The notes: a model not told the origin generated them from the letters alone. A stretch of DNA of 64,000 nucleotides from an uncultured virus (IMG/VR IMGVR_UViG_3300020414_000716) (IMGVR_UViG_3300020414_000716), one strand, 5' to 3'; positions 18,932 to 28,890 are shown, counted from the first letter of the stretch. Program-made: numbers and translations.

Positions 18932-19431
18932 TTATAAAATATATGTTCGTTAATAACTACAGTCTCATTGAGTGAGTCTGCCCAATATGGTAATACACTT
19001 GTCGCATGGTAATGTGTCGCACCTTCTGTAATATCAGGATACTTACCCATAAGAACATCTGATGCAATTACATAAGAATCAAAGAAAGTATCCGTATCTA
19101 AAGGTTCGTCTGATTTACCATCACAAAACCAACTGAATTGACACTGGTTTCTGGCTGGAACCATATTACCTCTCCAATTCTCAATCCATTTTGCCTGATA
19201 CACTACACCACAAACATCTTTTGGATAGGAACTATGTTCCATTCTGTTTAACACTACTTGTGCAACTGCGACTTTACCTGCGAGAGGTTGATTACCTGCT
19301 TCAAAGTAAATGTTTTTTGCAAGACAAACTGCATCACCATTTTCATCTGATGCGTTTACCTGCATTGATAACATACCTGTTAAAAATCCTAAGAATGCAC
19401 CTAGGATAAAATAGATAAACTTAGATTTCAT
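18928..19431 (-). CDS. Cell wall hydrolase, SleB/Hydrolase_2 family, with N-terminal signal/TM
   Basis: CLAKNIYFEA, AVAQVVLNR, CQFSWFCDGKSD, GATHYHA, HIFYK. Confidence 0.92.
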   Translation of the reverse strand: MKSKFIYFILGAFLGFLTGMLSMQVNASDENGDAVCLAKNIYFEAGNQPLAGKVAVAQVVLNRMEHSSYPKDVCGVVYQAKWIENWRGNMVPARNQCQFSWFCDGKSDEPLDTDTFFDSYVIASDVLMGKYPDITEGATHYHATSVLPYWADSLNETVVINEHIFYK

Positions 19432-19518
19432 AATAATCCCATTGCGATTAAACCGAGAATAATAAATTCATCGATTATCATCACTCCCATAAAAATTTTT
19501 ATTAGTAAAAGTTTCATT

Positions 19519-19719
19519 TTAGTACCCCGATGTATAACAAGAGTATTCTGTATCACAATTAATCGTTCCACAAATACACTCGTTTTCTTTTAGTGTTATT
19601 TCTTCTTCGGGTGCAAACTCCCTTGGGTGTTTAACACCATACTTTTCTAGATTGTAAACTTCTTCAGGTGTAAGTTTTCCACCACTTGTCTTAGACAAGA
19701 TTTCATAATGCGTTGTCAT
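19519..19719 (-). CDS. Hypothetical protein
   Basis: ORF with ATGA overlap. Confidence 0.55.
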   Translation of the reverse strand: MTTHYEILSKTSGGKLTPEEVYNLEKYGVKHPREFAPEEEITLKENECICGTINCDTEYSCYTSGY

Positions 19720-20048
19720 AATAATCCCTCATCACATTGTGACTGATGTTCTTCTCCAAATTCCAATTCTAGTTGGTATTCGGAAATAGGTAACAGTTCA
19801 CTTATTTCTTTTAAGACCTTTTCCACGTCCTCTTCTGTTTGATGTCCAATGACATCTTGTGTAACAGGTGTGTGATAAGTAATGTCTCCATTATTATCAA
19901 GAACTGCAATCTCCCAAAGGTTCTCGCAATCGTGTTTATAAGGCCCACCGTATGAACCGTCATGACACACTACACTTGCACCATAACCGTTCTCAAACTT
20001 ATATTTTTTCTGTATACCATTCATAAATGGTATTGCATCAACTAGCAT
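19716..20048 (-). CDS. Conserved phage hypothetical protein
   Basis: [10 protein letters not shown]...SYGG...LWEIAVL...[11 protein letters not shown], a recurrent phage early-gene motif. Confidence 0.7.
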   Translation of the reverse strand: MLVDAIPFMNGIQKKYKFENGYGASVVCHDGSYGGPYKHDCENLWEIAVLDNNGDITYHTPVTQDVIGHQTEEDVEKVLKEISELLPISEYQLELEFGEEHQSQCDEGLL

Positions 20049-20373
20049 ATCTTAACTCCTCTAAGTCGCATTCTAGTTCTTCTTTCTCATTGTCGAAGTC
20101 CCTTTTCTTTTCTTCAAAGGGTTCAACTAAATCGTAAATTGCAGATTCCAATTTGTTTACACACTCACGGACTTCTTTGATTTTCCATTCCAAGTCTTCC
20201 ATGTTAATACCGTTTTCTTCTGCAAGATTTTCTACTGCCATGTAGATATTACTAGGAACATCATTATACTTGATTTCCTTAGTTTTGTCATTGACCTTTC
20301 CAATAACCAAATCCATATCCCAAGATTTGTTATCTAACTCGTCAATCTTTTTATTCATTTCATTTATATTCAT
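20038..20373 (-). CDS. Hypothetical coiled-coil protein
   Basis: ORF with GGAGG RBS. Confidence 0.65.
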   Translation of the reverse strand: MNINEMNKKIDELDNKSWDMDLVIGKVNDKTKEIKYNDVPSNIYMAVENLAEENGINMEDLEWKIKEVRECVNKLESAIYDLVEPFEEKKRDFDNEKEELECDLEELRYAS

Positions 20374-20921
20374 GCGGCCTCCTTGCCTTTAATATAATCC
20401 ATTACATCTTTATCGTTGTTAAATTTCGCACCACACTTCATAGTGTAAGTTGGTGAATACTTGGTTATCTCACCAGTCTTGTCATGTAACCATGTCTTCT
20501 GAATAGACTTTATGTTGTGGTTCATGTATCCATACTCACCTTCGTTGTCCTCGAACTTACTGGTAATAAAACCAGTACCAATAATCTTAATGTAAGTTGG
20601 TGATTCCCACTCTGTTAGATAGAGTTTCAATGATTCAGTATCATCAAAAAGTTCTTTAGAAATAACATACTCCTCTGAACCTTCATTAGAATAAGTAGTA
20701 ATAGGTTCCACCATTTTAATGATTTCATCAAAAGTAGGGCCTTCTGTATCATAGAGATTTACATTTTCTATGACATATTGAGAACCACCCTTGAACTTCC
20801 AATATGGTTCGTCAACACCATGTTTATAATTCTCATCATGAGCTGCATAGTTCTCACGATACTGAGTTGTGATTAAAACTGAAACGTTTGACTCGTTTTC
20901 TTTACCATATTTTGTTAACAT
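20370..20921 (-). CDS. Conserved phage hypothetical early protein
   Basis: TQYRENYAAH...YWKFKGG motif; GGAG RBS and own promoter. Confidence 0.7.
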   Translation of the reverse strand: MLTKYGKENESNVSVLITTQYRENYAAHDENYKHGVDEPYWKFKGGSQYVIENVNLYDTEGPTFDEIIKMVEPITTYSNEGSEEYVISKELFDDTESLKLYLTEWESPTYIKIIGTGFITSKFEDNEGEYGYMNHNIKSIQKTWLHDKTGEITKYSPTYTMKCGAKFNNDKDVMDYIKGKEAA

Positions 20922-20951
20922 ATTATCTCCAAGTTGATTTTCTACTCTTCC

Positions 20952-20981
20952 AGTATACTAAAAAAGTATACCCATTGTCAA
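20952..20981 (-). promoter_or_regulatory. Early sigma70-type promoter TTGACA-N18-TATACT
   Basis: TTGACAATGGGTATACTTTTTTAGTATACT. Confidence 0.8.
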
Positions 20982-20988
20982 GCACTGA

Positions 20989-21345
20989 TTATATAAGATA
21001 ATCAGGCCCGTACTTTCTCATTCCGTAAATTTTATATCCCTCAAAGAGGTTACCTCTTGGGGCATTTAGTGCTGGAGTTGCCCAACCAGCTGCTTTGAGA
21101 ACATCACCTTCTTTGAAAGTGATACCAGTATTTCCTTTTTGAAATTCGAAACGATTAATGAAACCCCAAACAGAACGTTGGTTTCCACTATTCATGATAA
21201 TTTTAATGTACTTACGAGCAACTTTGTAAGTGTAAGAATACTCCGTAAGATTCGGGTATTGTTTTAAATGTTCAGACAGTAAGTCGTCACAAAGGTTTTG
21301 ACATAGTTCATTAAGGTCTTTTTTCATATTTTTCTCCTCATTCAT
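20989..21345 (-). CDS. Conserved phage hypothetical early protein
   Basis: RKYIKI...SVWGF...GDVLKAAGWATPALNAPRGN motif; real start may be the second Met (MKKDL) after GAGGAG. Confidence 0.75.
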   Translation of the reverse strand: MNEEKNMKKDLNELCQNLCDDLLSEHLKQYPNLTEYSYTYKVARKYIKIIMNSGNQRSVWGFINRFEFQKGNTGITFKEGDVLKAAGWATPALNAPRGNLFEGYKIYGMRKYGPDYLI

Positions 21346-21351
21346 ATTATA

Positions 21352-21381
21352 AGGCTAACAAAAAAGTGTACCCATTGTCAA
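21352..21381 (-). promoter_or_regulatory. Early promoter TTGACA-N18-TAGCCT
   Basis: TTGACAATGGGTACACTTTTTTGTTAGCCT, near copy of the 20952 promoter. Confidence 0.7.
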
Positions 21382-21451
21382 GCTTTATAATACAAAAATT
21401 GCGTAAAAAGCGACTAAAATAAAACCAATAATTGCAAGTTTTAACTCGTCA

Positions 21452-21628
21452 TCATGCCTCATTCTCATGTAATCTTGCCTCCACTAACTCTTTGACCTTG
21501 TCTAACTTATACCATAAACCACTGAAAATCTCAGTGTGGTCTTTCCATTCTACGATATATCTTTTGTAACCAAATGTTCTTTCACTGAATATGCGAACAT
21601 CACCATAACTTACTTCTAATAATCTCAT
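21452..21628 (-). CDS. Hypothetical protein (58 aa)
   Basis: Manual translation MRLLEVSYGDVRIFSERTFGYKRYIVEW...; ATGA overlap with upstream gene. Confidence 0.6.
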   Translation of the reverse strand: MRLLEVSYGDVRIFSERTFGYKRYIVEWKDHTEIFSGLWYKLDKVKELVEARLHENEA

Positions 21629-21888
21629 TTCTTTTTGTTGTTCAGATAATGCATAACTGCCTTCTTCTGAATCTTGTCTAGTTGTTCTAAAGATTTGAAG
21701 TTACTCCAAACCATACCATATGTGGTCATTCTATTACCTGCAGTGACAGCTGCATTCCATAGTTCATACGATTCGTCATCGTTGCCTGGAAATAACTCAC
21801 CGTTCTCACACGCAGATATAAGTTCTTGACCTAATCGAACCACTTGCATGACCTTCGGGTCTTCTGCATAGTATTCTCCTGCTTTCAT
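21625..21888 (-). CDS. Hypothetical protein
   Basis: AAGGAG RBS, own promoter. Confidence 0.7.
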   Translation of the reverse strand: MKAGEYYAEDPKVMQVVRLGQELISACENGELFPGNDDESYELWNAAVTAGNRMTTYGMVWSNFKSLEQLDKIQKKAVMHYLNNKKK

Positions 21889-21916
21889 AATATTCTCCTT
21901 ATATTAAAGTAGATTC

Positions 21917-21946
21917 AGTATACGAAAAAATGCACCCCATAGTCAA
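21917..21946 (-). promoter_or_regulatory. Early promoter TTGACT-N18-TATACT
   Basis: TTGACTATGGGGTGCATTTTTTCGTATACT. Confidence 0.75.
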
Positions 21947-22641
21947 CCCCTTTTTGCAGAAACTAACCATGCGAGTTTTCTTGTTTGTTCGGTAATCTTT
22001 ATATTTACAAAACCTGTTTGTTCTAAGTTACACTTGAACACTTCAATCTCCTTTTCGTCCATTGAAGATTCTACTTGTTGTTTGTGTCGAATCTTTTCAG
22101 TTCTGAAATCTTCTATCAAGTCTCCTGTTGAATCGAACTCCATAGTGTAATGAGTGCGAAGTTGTGATTTCCCAAATGCAGTCATACTTGATTCACTGTT
22201 GTGCATCATGAAGTGTATGTGTCCGTCCTTTTTGAGAGACTCGTAAACTATAGGTAAAGTTCTAAACATATGTGTGTATTCAATTCCATATATTGAAACA
22301 ACATGGTCAAACCTTCCCATAAAGGAAGTGTTTTCCAAGGGTGTTTGTTTGTGAAGTATAATGTCTAGATTGTGATTTTTTATTCTCTTTGAAACATCAG
22401 AAGACAAGTGTACTTTTGCAGAATCGACTCCTGTATAACTTTCACCTATTTTATTATCTAAAAGAAATGGGACAAGGGATGCGTTACCACACCCCACTTC
22501 GAGTATATCACCACCTAGTGATAAACCACTTAACCAATCGTATACAAATCCTTCAGTATATCCATTAGGAAATGTACGACCAAAGGTTGTGGAGAACGGA
22601 AGTCTATATTCCTTCTCCCAAAGATTGTCCCACTCATTCAT
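21943..22641 (-). CDS. Class I SAM-dependent methyltransferase
   Basis: ILEVGCGNA, YTGVD, FDHVVS, LKKDG. Confidence 0.8.
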   Translation of the reverse strand: MNEWDNLWEKEYRLPFSTTFGRTFPNGYTEGFVYDWLSGLSLGGDILEVGCGNASLVPFLLDNKIGESYTGVDSAKVHLSSDVSKRIKNHNLDIILHKQTPLENTSFMGRFDHVVSIYGIEYTHMFRTLPIVYESLKKDGHIHFMMHNSESSMTAFGKSQLRTHYTMEFDSTGDLIEDFRTEKIRHKQQVESSMDEKEIEVFKCNLEQTGFVNIKITEQTRKLAWLVSAKRG

Positions 22642-23804
22642 TAGATTTCCAATCCCTTCATGTCGTTCATTAAAGTTTTTGGAACGAACCTAACTAACTT
22701 TTTGCACTTAGGGTCTTCCACAAAATAAGTACCAACTGAAGGTACTGCACCAAATAATGATATTGGTGATTTTGTATATTTGGTATCGTTAAAGAATCCG
22801 AAACTTACCTCATCTAAAGATGAATCGTAGAAGTCTCTGAATCCTATGACTCTGTCTTCCCAACACTTTTCCAAATCAAATCCAGTAAGTGTTCCAGTGT
22901 GAATAACTATTCTAATATCGTAATCAGGATTTTCTCTTGCAGTTGAAGCTGCTTCAATAATGGTTTTTGAACCCATTGAAGAAGAAACGACTAGATACAT
23001 TATTCCTCTCTTAACACAAACTTTTTTTCCTTTGTCGTCATTTTGATATTGAGGTTTAATATTTTTGTACCCGTTTTCCTTCATCCATTGTTGTGCAGAA
23101 CCTTTTCCAGTCCAAGACCTGACAATAAAGTTTGGGTTGTGAGTGTTAAGTATTCTATACACTAGTTCATCTTTTTTACTTGGTGCAAAACAACCTTTAC
23201 CACAAACTCTATTAACTCTTTCAGTAATGTCCTGAATAGTATCTTCAATCCACCCATTCTTGATTGCAAGTTGAACTTCACGATAAACGTCTTCTATCTG
23301 AAGGTCACCTGCAGGGTCTGAATAAGAGTTTGAAAGTAGTCCGAACTGACTACAATCGTTTTCTATTTGGTCTTCAGTAAATCCGTCTCTACCTTCAAAG
23401 ATAATACAGATTACATTTGTGAATTTTAATTGATGAACTAAGATTTCAAATCTAGTTCTTCCATTAATAAGAATTAAACTTCCATCGGGTTTTCTGAATA
23501 AACAGATTGCAGGATTAGTTAATTTGAATCCAAAGTTCAAAATATCCTGAGATATTTGTTTAAACTTAGGGTTCTTTCCACCTACTCTTACAGTTTGTCC
23601 AGTTAAAATTTCTTGATAATTAATATCAGAAACATTAACAATCGCTTCTGTGGAAGCAACTTTTAGTGCAGGTAATAAATCCTCACCAAACAACCAAGGG
23701 TGTGCTTTATGCACAATCAATGATTTGTAAGTGTTGAGGTGGTCTTCTGTGAATGCCGTGAAGGCATTAATGTCTACGCTGATAGCGTCTTTCATATATG
23801 TCAT
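22641..23804 (-). CDS. Hypothetical protein with possible ParB/Srx-like N-terminal domain
   Basis: I..FGF..PAI...LINGRTR resembles the ParB GxxR motif. Confidence 0.5.
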   Translation of the reverse strand: MTYMKDAISVDINAFTAFTEDHLNTYKSLIVHKAHPWLFGEDLLPALKVASTEAIVNVSDINYQEILTGQTVRVGGKNPKFKQISQDILNFGFKLTNPAICLFRKPDGSLILINGRTRFEILVHQLKFTNVICIIFEGRDGFTEDQIENDCSQFGLLSNSYSDPAGDLQIEDVYREVQLAIKNGWIEDTIQDITERVNRVCGKGCFAPSKKDELVYRILNTHNPNFIVRSWTGKGSAQQWMKENGYKNIKPQYQNDDKGKKVCVKRGIMYLVVSSSMGSKTIIEAASTARENPDYDIRIVIHTGTLTGFDLEKCWEDRVIGFRDFYDSSLDEVSFGFFNDTKYTKSPISLFGAVPSVGTYFVEDPKCKKLVRFVPKTLMNDMKGLEI

Positions 23805-23865
23805 GGTATCTCTCCAAATTTATGTTCTACAGGGTATCTCTCCCTTTCGAACGGTTTAAAATACT

Positions 23866-23894
23866 ATTATAACAAGTAACTCAGGAATCGTCTA
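23866..23894 (-). promoter_or_regulatory. sigma70-type promoter TAGACG-N17-TATAAT
   Basis: TAGACGATTCCTGAGTTACTTGTTATAAT with extended -10 TG. Confidence 0.6.
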
Positions 23895-24140
23895 GACGTT
23901 TTTTTGAATTTCGTCTAATTCTCTGAGTTTTTTGTTTATAATATCTACTCTGTTAGGCCAGTAGATATAATCTTTGTCTGAATCTTTTGCAAGATTCTCT
24001 AACAGTGGTCTTACGAAATTATCGAGTTTCTCTATTACTTCTGTTGCAGTAGTAGTCTTCTCTACAATCTTTGTATCTACGGTTGCAAGTTCCTCTGCAT
24101 CCATAGCTGTAAAACCGAAATCGTTGTATTCTATACTCAT
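23892..24140 (-). CDS. Conserved T4-like hypothetical protein
   Basis: DFGFTAMD...PLLENL.KD.DKDYIYWPNR. Confidence 0.75.
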   Translation of the reverse strand: MSIEYNDFGFTAMDAEELATVDTKIVEKTTTATEVIEKLDNFVRPLLENLAKDSDKDYIYWPNRVDIINKKLRELDEIQKNV

Positions 24141-24144
24141 ACTA

Positions 24145-24723
24145 TTATTTAGTAAATCTTTCTATGTCTTTTAAAGATTCTTTGTCACTTTGCACTTCTT
24201 GGTAGTTTGCAAATGCTTGAATCGTTAATTCAGGAATTTCTATATCAGGATAACTGGTAATTAGATAATGAACTACACCCGATATACTTTGCCATGAAAG
24301 ACTAGGTAAATCTTCGTGTTCTATGAGTCCTAGATTGATTGTAGTGAGTTTATATTGTTTATCTGAGTTGTAGGTCAAGTTATTAGATAAATGGTTTAGA
24401 GAGGACTTCTGAGACCCGTAGAGGTGTCCCTTAGATATGTTTGGTTGACTTGCACGACTAGAAAAATTTATTATCATTTTACTACTATCATGTTTCCACG
24501 CACGGTGACCTATTTCTAAAATCTTTGTTTGGTCAAAGTCCTGATGTGCAAAATTAATCAACACGTCAACCTTATCCCACATCCACCAGTTTAAGTCGTT
24601 GACTATAATATCTTCTATACGACTTGGAAACACTTCAATAGAGTTTCCTTGATATGGACTTGCTTCTAGTGTATCTTTTATATTCTTTGCAAGACCACTA
24701 CTTCCTGTTATTGCTACTTTCAT
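24145..24723 (-). CDS. Short-chain dehydrogenase / NAD-binding Rossmann protein
   Basis: KVAITGSSGLA, DVLINFA, IINFSS, YxxxK (YGSQK). Confidence 0.75.
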   Translation of the reverse strand: MKVAITGSSGLAKNIKDTLEASPYQGNSIEVFPSRIEDIIVNDLNWWMWDKVDVLINFAHQDFDQTKILEIGHRAWKHDSSKMIINFSSRASQPNISKGHLYGSQKSSLNHLSNNLTYNSDKQYKLTTINLGLIEHEDLPSLSWQSISGVVHYLITSYPDIEIPELTIQAFANYQEVQSDKESLKDIERFTK

Positions 24724-25630
24724 AATATTCCTTAACTATATCAAAAGACGGTTTTCCAAATAGTGAACCGTCTACACTACACTTATTACACGGTGAATGA
24801 CTACGGTCTCCTCGCATAAGTTTTTTTCGTATCTTTGCCATAGGTTTACTAAACCAAACGTCATGTAGGGATTGTTGCAGTAAGTTTCCAACAACGTGTT
24901 CTCTTCCCCAGTCATTAGAACAGAATAATACGTCTCCGTTCCAATCGACAAACATTTTGTAGAAGGGATAATGGCAAGGCTTACCCCTAAGACTAGTAAT
25001 ATCAGTTTCTTCAACACCGACCCAATCAATGACACCACTCCTATTATTTAAAATCAATCCATGTTTCTCGAAGTCACCCCAGTGCATTCGATACTTGTAA
25101 CTATCTTCTCTAATCCTCGCATTTGCCATTATAGTGTCGAAGTGTTCCATTTGTTCGATACCATCATACAAATTTATATACAACAAATCTAATCCTGCAC
25201 GATACAATTTAACAACATAATCTTCGTCTAACTTATCTCCGTTAGTATTACACTCAATGGTTGCTTGTGGTAATTCAAATCTAAATGCCTTTATAATCTC
25301 AGGGAACTTAGGATTGAGTAGATTCTCTCCAAATCCACTAAAAGATATTTTACCATCGTATCCAACTTCCCCTAACTGTTCTGCAATTCTTTCTGCACCT
25401 AAAACTGTTAAGTGTAAATTCCTATTAGGAAAAACTGCAGGGTCATGTCTTGGACAAAACACACACGTCCTGTTACATAACTCTGTAGTGTTAACCTCGA
25501 CTGTAAGAATCGAGTCTAAGGGTTTGAGTTTTTCTTTCTTTGACCAGTGTTTCTTTTCCTGTTCTTTTCTATGTTCTAAGAAGTCGTATTGGTCAACTGC
25601 AACTATTGGAATATTACGAGACATGGTCAA
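24698..25630 (-). CDS. Radical SAM/SPASM protein
   Basis: CNRTCVFC (CX3CX2C), FSGFGE, NTNG, SPASM C..PF...GDVLFC..DW...GN...C.KC. Confidence 0.92.
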   Translation of the reverse strand: MTMSRNIPIVAVDQYDFLEHRKEQEKKHWSKKEKLKPLDSILTVEVNTTELCNRTCVFCPRHDPAVFPNRNLHLTVLGAERIAEQLGEVGYDGKISFSGFGENLLNPKFPEIIKAFRFELPQATIECNTNGDKLDEDYVVKLYRAGLDLLYINLYDGIEQMEHFDTIMANARIREDSYKYRMHWGDFEKHGLILNNRSGVIDWVGVEETDITSLRGKPCHYPFYKMFVDWNGDVLFCSNDWGREHVVGNLLQQSLHDVWFSKPMAKIRKKLMRGDRSHSPCNKCSVDGSLFGKPSFDIVKEYYESSNNRK

Positions 25631-26051
25631 CTCTGATATGACGTTCCTCAGTCTCTGTTTCCTTTACATAGGTATAAACTATTTCGTCACCTTCTTTAAA
25701 CTCAGTTTGGTCTTTTGGTATACAGACGAATTGTGCATCGTCATTCACGTCCAACATATTAGACCTTGGGTCACCTTTTGGTTTCCAAAGAAAACAGGTT
25801 AGTTCACCTTGTGTATTTTCGTCACCAAAGGAACTGAATTTTATTGAACCATTTTTTTCGGAATAGAATACGGTCTCACCGTTATAGTGAGAACCTATTC
25901 TTAGTGTATGGTCTTGGGGTAAATCAAAACGAAGAACTGTATGTTCAGTTCCGTAAAAGAAATCTTTGAGATTGTAAGCTACTTCGTCTAATCGTAAAGG
26001 TCTTACTACGGATTTAAAAGTACCCGCCGTCTCTCCTATCGTCATCACCAT
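25614..26051 (-). CDS. Hypothetical protein
   Basis: ORF overlapping both neighbours. Confidence 0.65.
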   Translation of the reverse strand: MVMTIGETAGTFKSVVRPLRLDEVAYNLKDFFYGTEHTVLRFDLPQDHTLRIGSHYNGETVFYSEKNGSIKFSSFGDENTQGELTCFLWKPKGDPRSNMLDVNDDAQFVCIPKDQTEFKEGDEIVYTYVKETETEERHIRVDHVS

Positions 26052-27429
26052 CTATTTGTTCCTCTGTCGCAGATACAAAGTCATCTTCACCTGTCAACTC
26101 TTCAATGAGTGCATTTGCTTGTGTTTCGAATGTATCAATCATTCTAGGTTTAGTTAATTTACTGTCAACCTCAAAAGATAAATTAGATGCAGATTGTAGA
26201 ATTTCCTTCTTAGTCATTTTTTCTAAATCTTGTCTATTAGGAATAACAACTTCTTCGAATTCTTCTTCTTGTTGTAGGTCTTCTTCTTCAGCGAAGGATT
26301 TAATGTTTTCTCTTTCTATGAATACACCGTCTGCAAGATGTTCCTTAGTTACACTAGGTGCATTAGAAGATGTAATTACTGGTGCAGAACTTTCAACCTT
26401 TTCTACTCCTTCCATTTCTTCAATGGTTGGTTCAGATTTATCATAACCAATATCAAGTGTAGGTTCTTCCCACTCTTCTTCGAACTTCTCTTGTTCCTCT
26501 TCTTCAGTCATGTTGTCAATCTCTTCAACTTCTGCAACTCTATCAACTTCTTCTAAGAATGATTCAGTGTCTGTTCCTGAGATTAACCCACCTGCAACTT
26601 GTGGTGGAATATCTTCTTCTTTTTCAGGGACGGGAATATAATTCTCTTCTTCCCATTCTTTGAATGACTTCTTAGTTTCGTCAATTTTTTTCTGAAGTTC
26701 TTCGTCATGGGTTACAACTTTTGGAAAGTCTTCTTCTTTAATACCATTCGAACCTTCATCGATTTCGTCAACTGGATTCATCATTCTCGCAAGTTTGAAT
26801 GCACCACTTACGTCACCTTTTGGTTTTTCTTCTACTGGTGAACCGTTTGCATCCCAACCAACTGCCTCTCTAGATTCCTGCATAAGTCTGTTCACTTCTG
26901 CTTGTTCTGATGCACTTAGTGTATCTCTTGTCTGACCTTCTTTCAGTCCAACAATCCCGTCTCCGTCTAAGTCGATATTGATACCATGTGATTTAAGAAC
27001 TGCTTCCATTTGTGCAGCTCTATTCATTTGGTGTTGTAGATTATCTTCAGTTCTCTTTCTCAATAATCTTTCGTCTTCAATCTGAGTATCTTTTTCTGCG
27101 AGGACTTGTTGTCTTTCTTGTTCTTGTTGAATCAATAAATTCTGTTGTGCAATCTCCATGTCCTTTTGTGCATTCGTAACTGTAGTTTGATAATCTATAA
27201 GTCCTTTGTTAACTTCTTCACGAATAGAAATAATTGCATCTAGTTCTTCTAGTTTAATTAAACCTTTCGTCAAAAGTATCTGCATAGAAGCGACAACTGC
27301 TTCTGCACTCGCAGGAGTCAGTCCGACTTTAAAATCTTTTACTCTGTTTTGAATTCGTTCGATTTCTGTAGGTTCAGGAACAGAAAGTTCCTGCTCGAAC
27401 GCAGTAGGTTGGTTGTCATGGTTTTCCAT
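26014..27429 (-). CDS. Very acidic protein: coiled coil, EF-hand-like loop, Rho-N-like C-terminal module
   Basis: Glu-rich; DLDGDGIVG; LEKMTKKEILQSASNLSFEVDSKLTKPRMI. Confidence 0.65.
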   Translation of the reverse strand: MENHDNQPTAFEQELSVPEPTEIERIQNRVKDFKVGLTPASAEAVVASMQILLTKGLIKLEELDAIISIREEVNKGLIDYQTTVTNAQKDMEIAQQNLLIQQEQERQQVLAEKDTQIEDERLLRKRTEDNLQHQMNRAAQMEAVLKSHGINIDLDGDGIVGLKEGQTRDTLSASEQAEVNRLMQESREAVGWDANGSPVEEKPKGDVSGAFKLARMMNPVDEIDEGSNGIKEEDFPKVVTHDEELQKKIDETKKSFKEWEEENYIPVPEKEEDIPPQVAGGLISGTDTESFLEEVDRVAEVEEIDNMTEEEEQEKFEEEWEEPTLDIGYDKSEPTIEEMEGVEKVESSAPVITSSNAPSVTKEHLADGVFIERENIKSFAEEEDLQQEEEFEEVVIPNRQDLEKMTKKEILQSASNLSFEVDSKLTKPRMIDTFETQANALIEELTGEDDFVSATEEQIDGDDDRRDGGYF

Positions 27430-27451
27430 ATTTTATATCCTCTCAACTCCA

Positions 27452-27530
27452 TGGAGCGGGATGCGACTATTGAAGTTATTTGACCTTTAAAACTAAAGAC
27501 CCAGTTGTCTATGTATAGTCTCGACCCACT
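27452..27530 (-). ncRNA. Candidate tRNA-sized structured RNA ending in CCA
   Basis: AGUGGG/CCCGCU closing stem followed by CCA, inner GACUAU/AUAGUC stem, directly after a late-type TAATAAATA. Confidence 0.35.
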
Positions 27531-27541
27531 AGAAGTATTTA

Positions 27542-28057
27542 TTAAACGTTAATGTCTGAAAACGCATTTACAGCGATTTCTTTAGTGATATTTTTGAACG
27601 GCCACTTACCGTCTTTTACTAGGTCAATTAGTTCTGCTTCCTTTTGAGGAATACCCTCTAACATACCTATCCACATATTCTCCCTCTTAACTACAGGGAT
27701 TTGTTCTGTAACGAAATACTTGAACAACTTGAACTCGAACCTTAAAGAAGTTTCTGCAAGGTCTGTTGCAGGTGCTTCGTTTTTACCATAAGGTGTTTTA
27801 CCTTCAGGTAATGTCGAATTAATGTTCTTATCAAATACCCATTGAAGAATTGGTTTTACTGCACCATTCTTTTCATTGAATACTTGTAGACCCTGCACTG
27901 CAAGTTCAGGTGTTTCTTCTGCAACAATGTTTGCTTGACAAAATATCTCATAAACATCTGCATTGTTCATTAGTTCCTTTCTTTCAGTCACTAATTCCAT
28001 AAGTGGTTTATTAGGAGCTCCTTTTGGTCTCCCTCTCCCTCTTTTTTTCTCTGTCAT
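27542..28057 (-). CDS. Conserved T4-like hypothetical protein
   Basis: LPEGKTPY..N..P...L..E...F..F...KRE.M.I.MLEG..EAEL...KD, found beside RNase H in T4-like phages. Confidence 0.75.
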   Translation of the reverse strand: MTEKKRGRGRPKGAPNKPLMELVTERKELMNNADVYEIFCQANIVAEETPELAVQGLQVFNEKNGAVKPILQWVFDKNINSTLPEGKTPYGKNEAPATDLAETSLRFEFKLFKYFVTEQIPVVKRENMWIGMLEGIPQKEAELIDLVKDGKWPFKNITKEIAVNAFSDINV

Positions 28058-28890
28058 AATGTAAAGTCCTCTACATGATTTAATAACTCGTTTAACCTAT
28101 GTGTTCTTAGATAATCAAATACTTTACCTTTTACAGGTATTGCATTTTCATACTCTTGTAGAATTATATCCTCTAAATCTTTAGGGATAAACTCTAGGTC
28201 AATTAGAGTTTGATTTCTTAAATAATTACGATAGTATTTATCGTCCTTTTCAATGGTCATTCTGAGATAAGATTCTTTGATACCTTTTCTCAAAGGTGTT
28301 TGTCTTATACCTTCTGCAAAACAATCATCATTAGACAATATGTTTGGTATACCATCTGACTTGTCCCCAGTTAATATATGTTCCTTTAAAAACATATCGG
28401 GGTCTTCACAAGTTATTAATTTATTTAGGTTAGGACTCCACTGTTTCACATAATCATATTTGTGTAGTTGTTGAAAGTCCTTGTCTCCACTGATAATCAT
28501 TACTGGTTCTGTTGCGTGTTTTACAAGTATCGCAATAATATCATCAGCTTCACACTTCTCTACATTCATATATCTGTAGGGAAAGTTTTCTTTAATTTCT
28601 TCTTTTACTTTATTGAGTGTTTGAAATAACATACCCCAATCTAAATCCGATGCATCTCTTGTCTTCTTACGATTTGCTTTATACAGAGGCATAAAGTCAC
28701 GTCTCCAAGTGTTTGGTGCATCAGTACATAAAACTATTTCACCATATTCAGGTGCATATCTCTTCTGATAGTTTCTTACTGAGTTGAGAATCATATGACG
28801 AAGTAAATCTTCCGATACTTCACCGTCATTCATTTTTAATTGTGCCATGAGACCTGCAATTATGGTCTGCGTAAAATCTATTAGTATCAT
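28054..28890 (-). CDS. rnh: RNase H / 5'-3' exonuclease (T4 rnh)
   Basis: MILIDF.Q, WRRD..P.YKANR, EADDII, SGDKDFQQL, GDKSDGIPNILS, RNQTLIDL. Confidence 0.94.
   Translation of the reverse strand: MILIDFTQTIIAGLMAQLKMNDGEVSEDLLRHMILNSVRNYQKRYAPEYGEIVLCTDAPNTWRRDFMPLYKANRKKTRDASDLDWGMLFQTLNKVKEEIKENFPYRYMNVEKCEADDIIAILVKHATEPVMIISGDKDFQQLHKYDYVKQWSPNLNKLITCEDPDMFLKEHILTGDKSDGIPNILSNDDCFAEGIRQTPLRKGIKESYLRMTIEKDDKYYRNYLRNQTLIDLEFIPKDLEDIILQEYENAIPVKGKVFDYLRTHRLNELLNHVEDFTL

Noticed and set aside
27461..27472. AAUAGUCGCA resembles the E. coli tmRNA resume context
   Set aside because: Short match only; no tag-like peptide or tRNA-like domain accompanies it.
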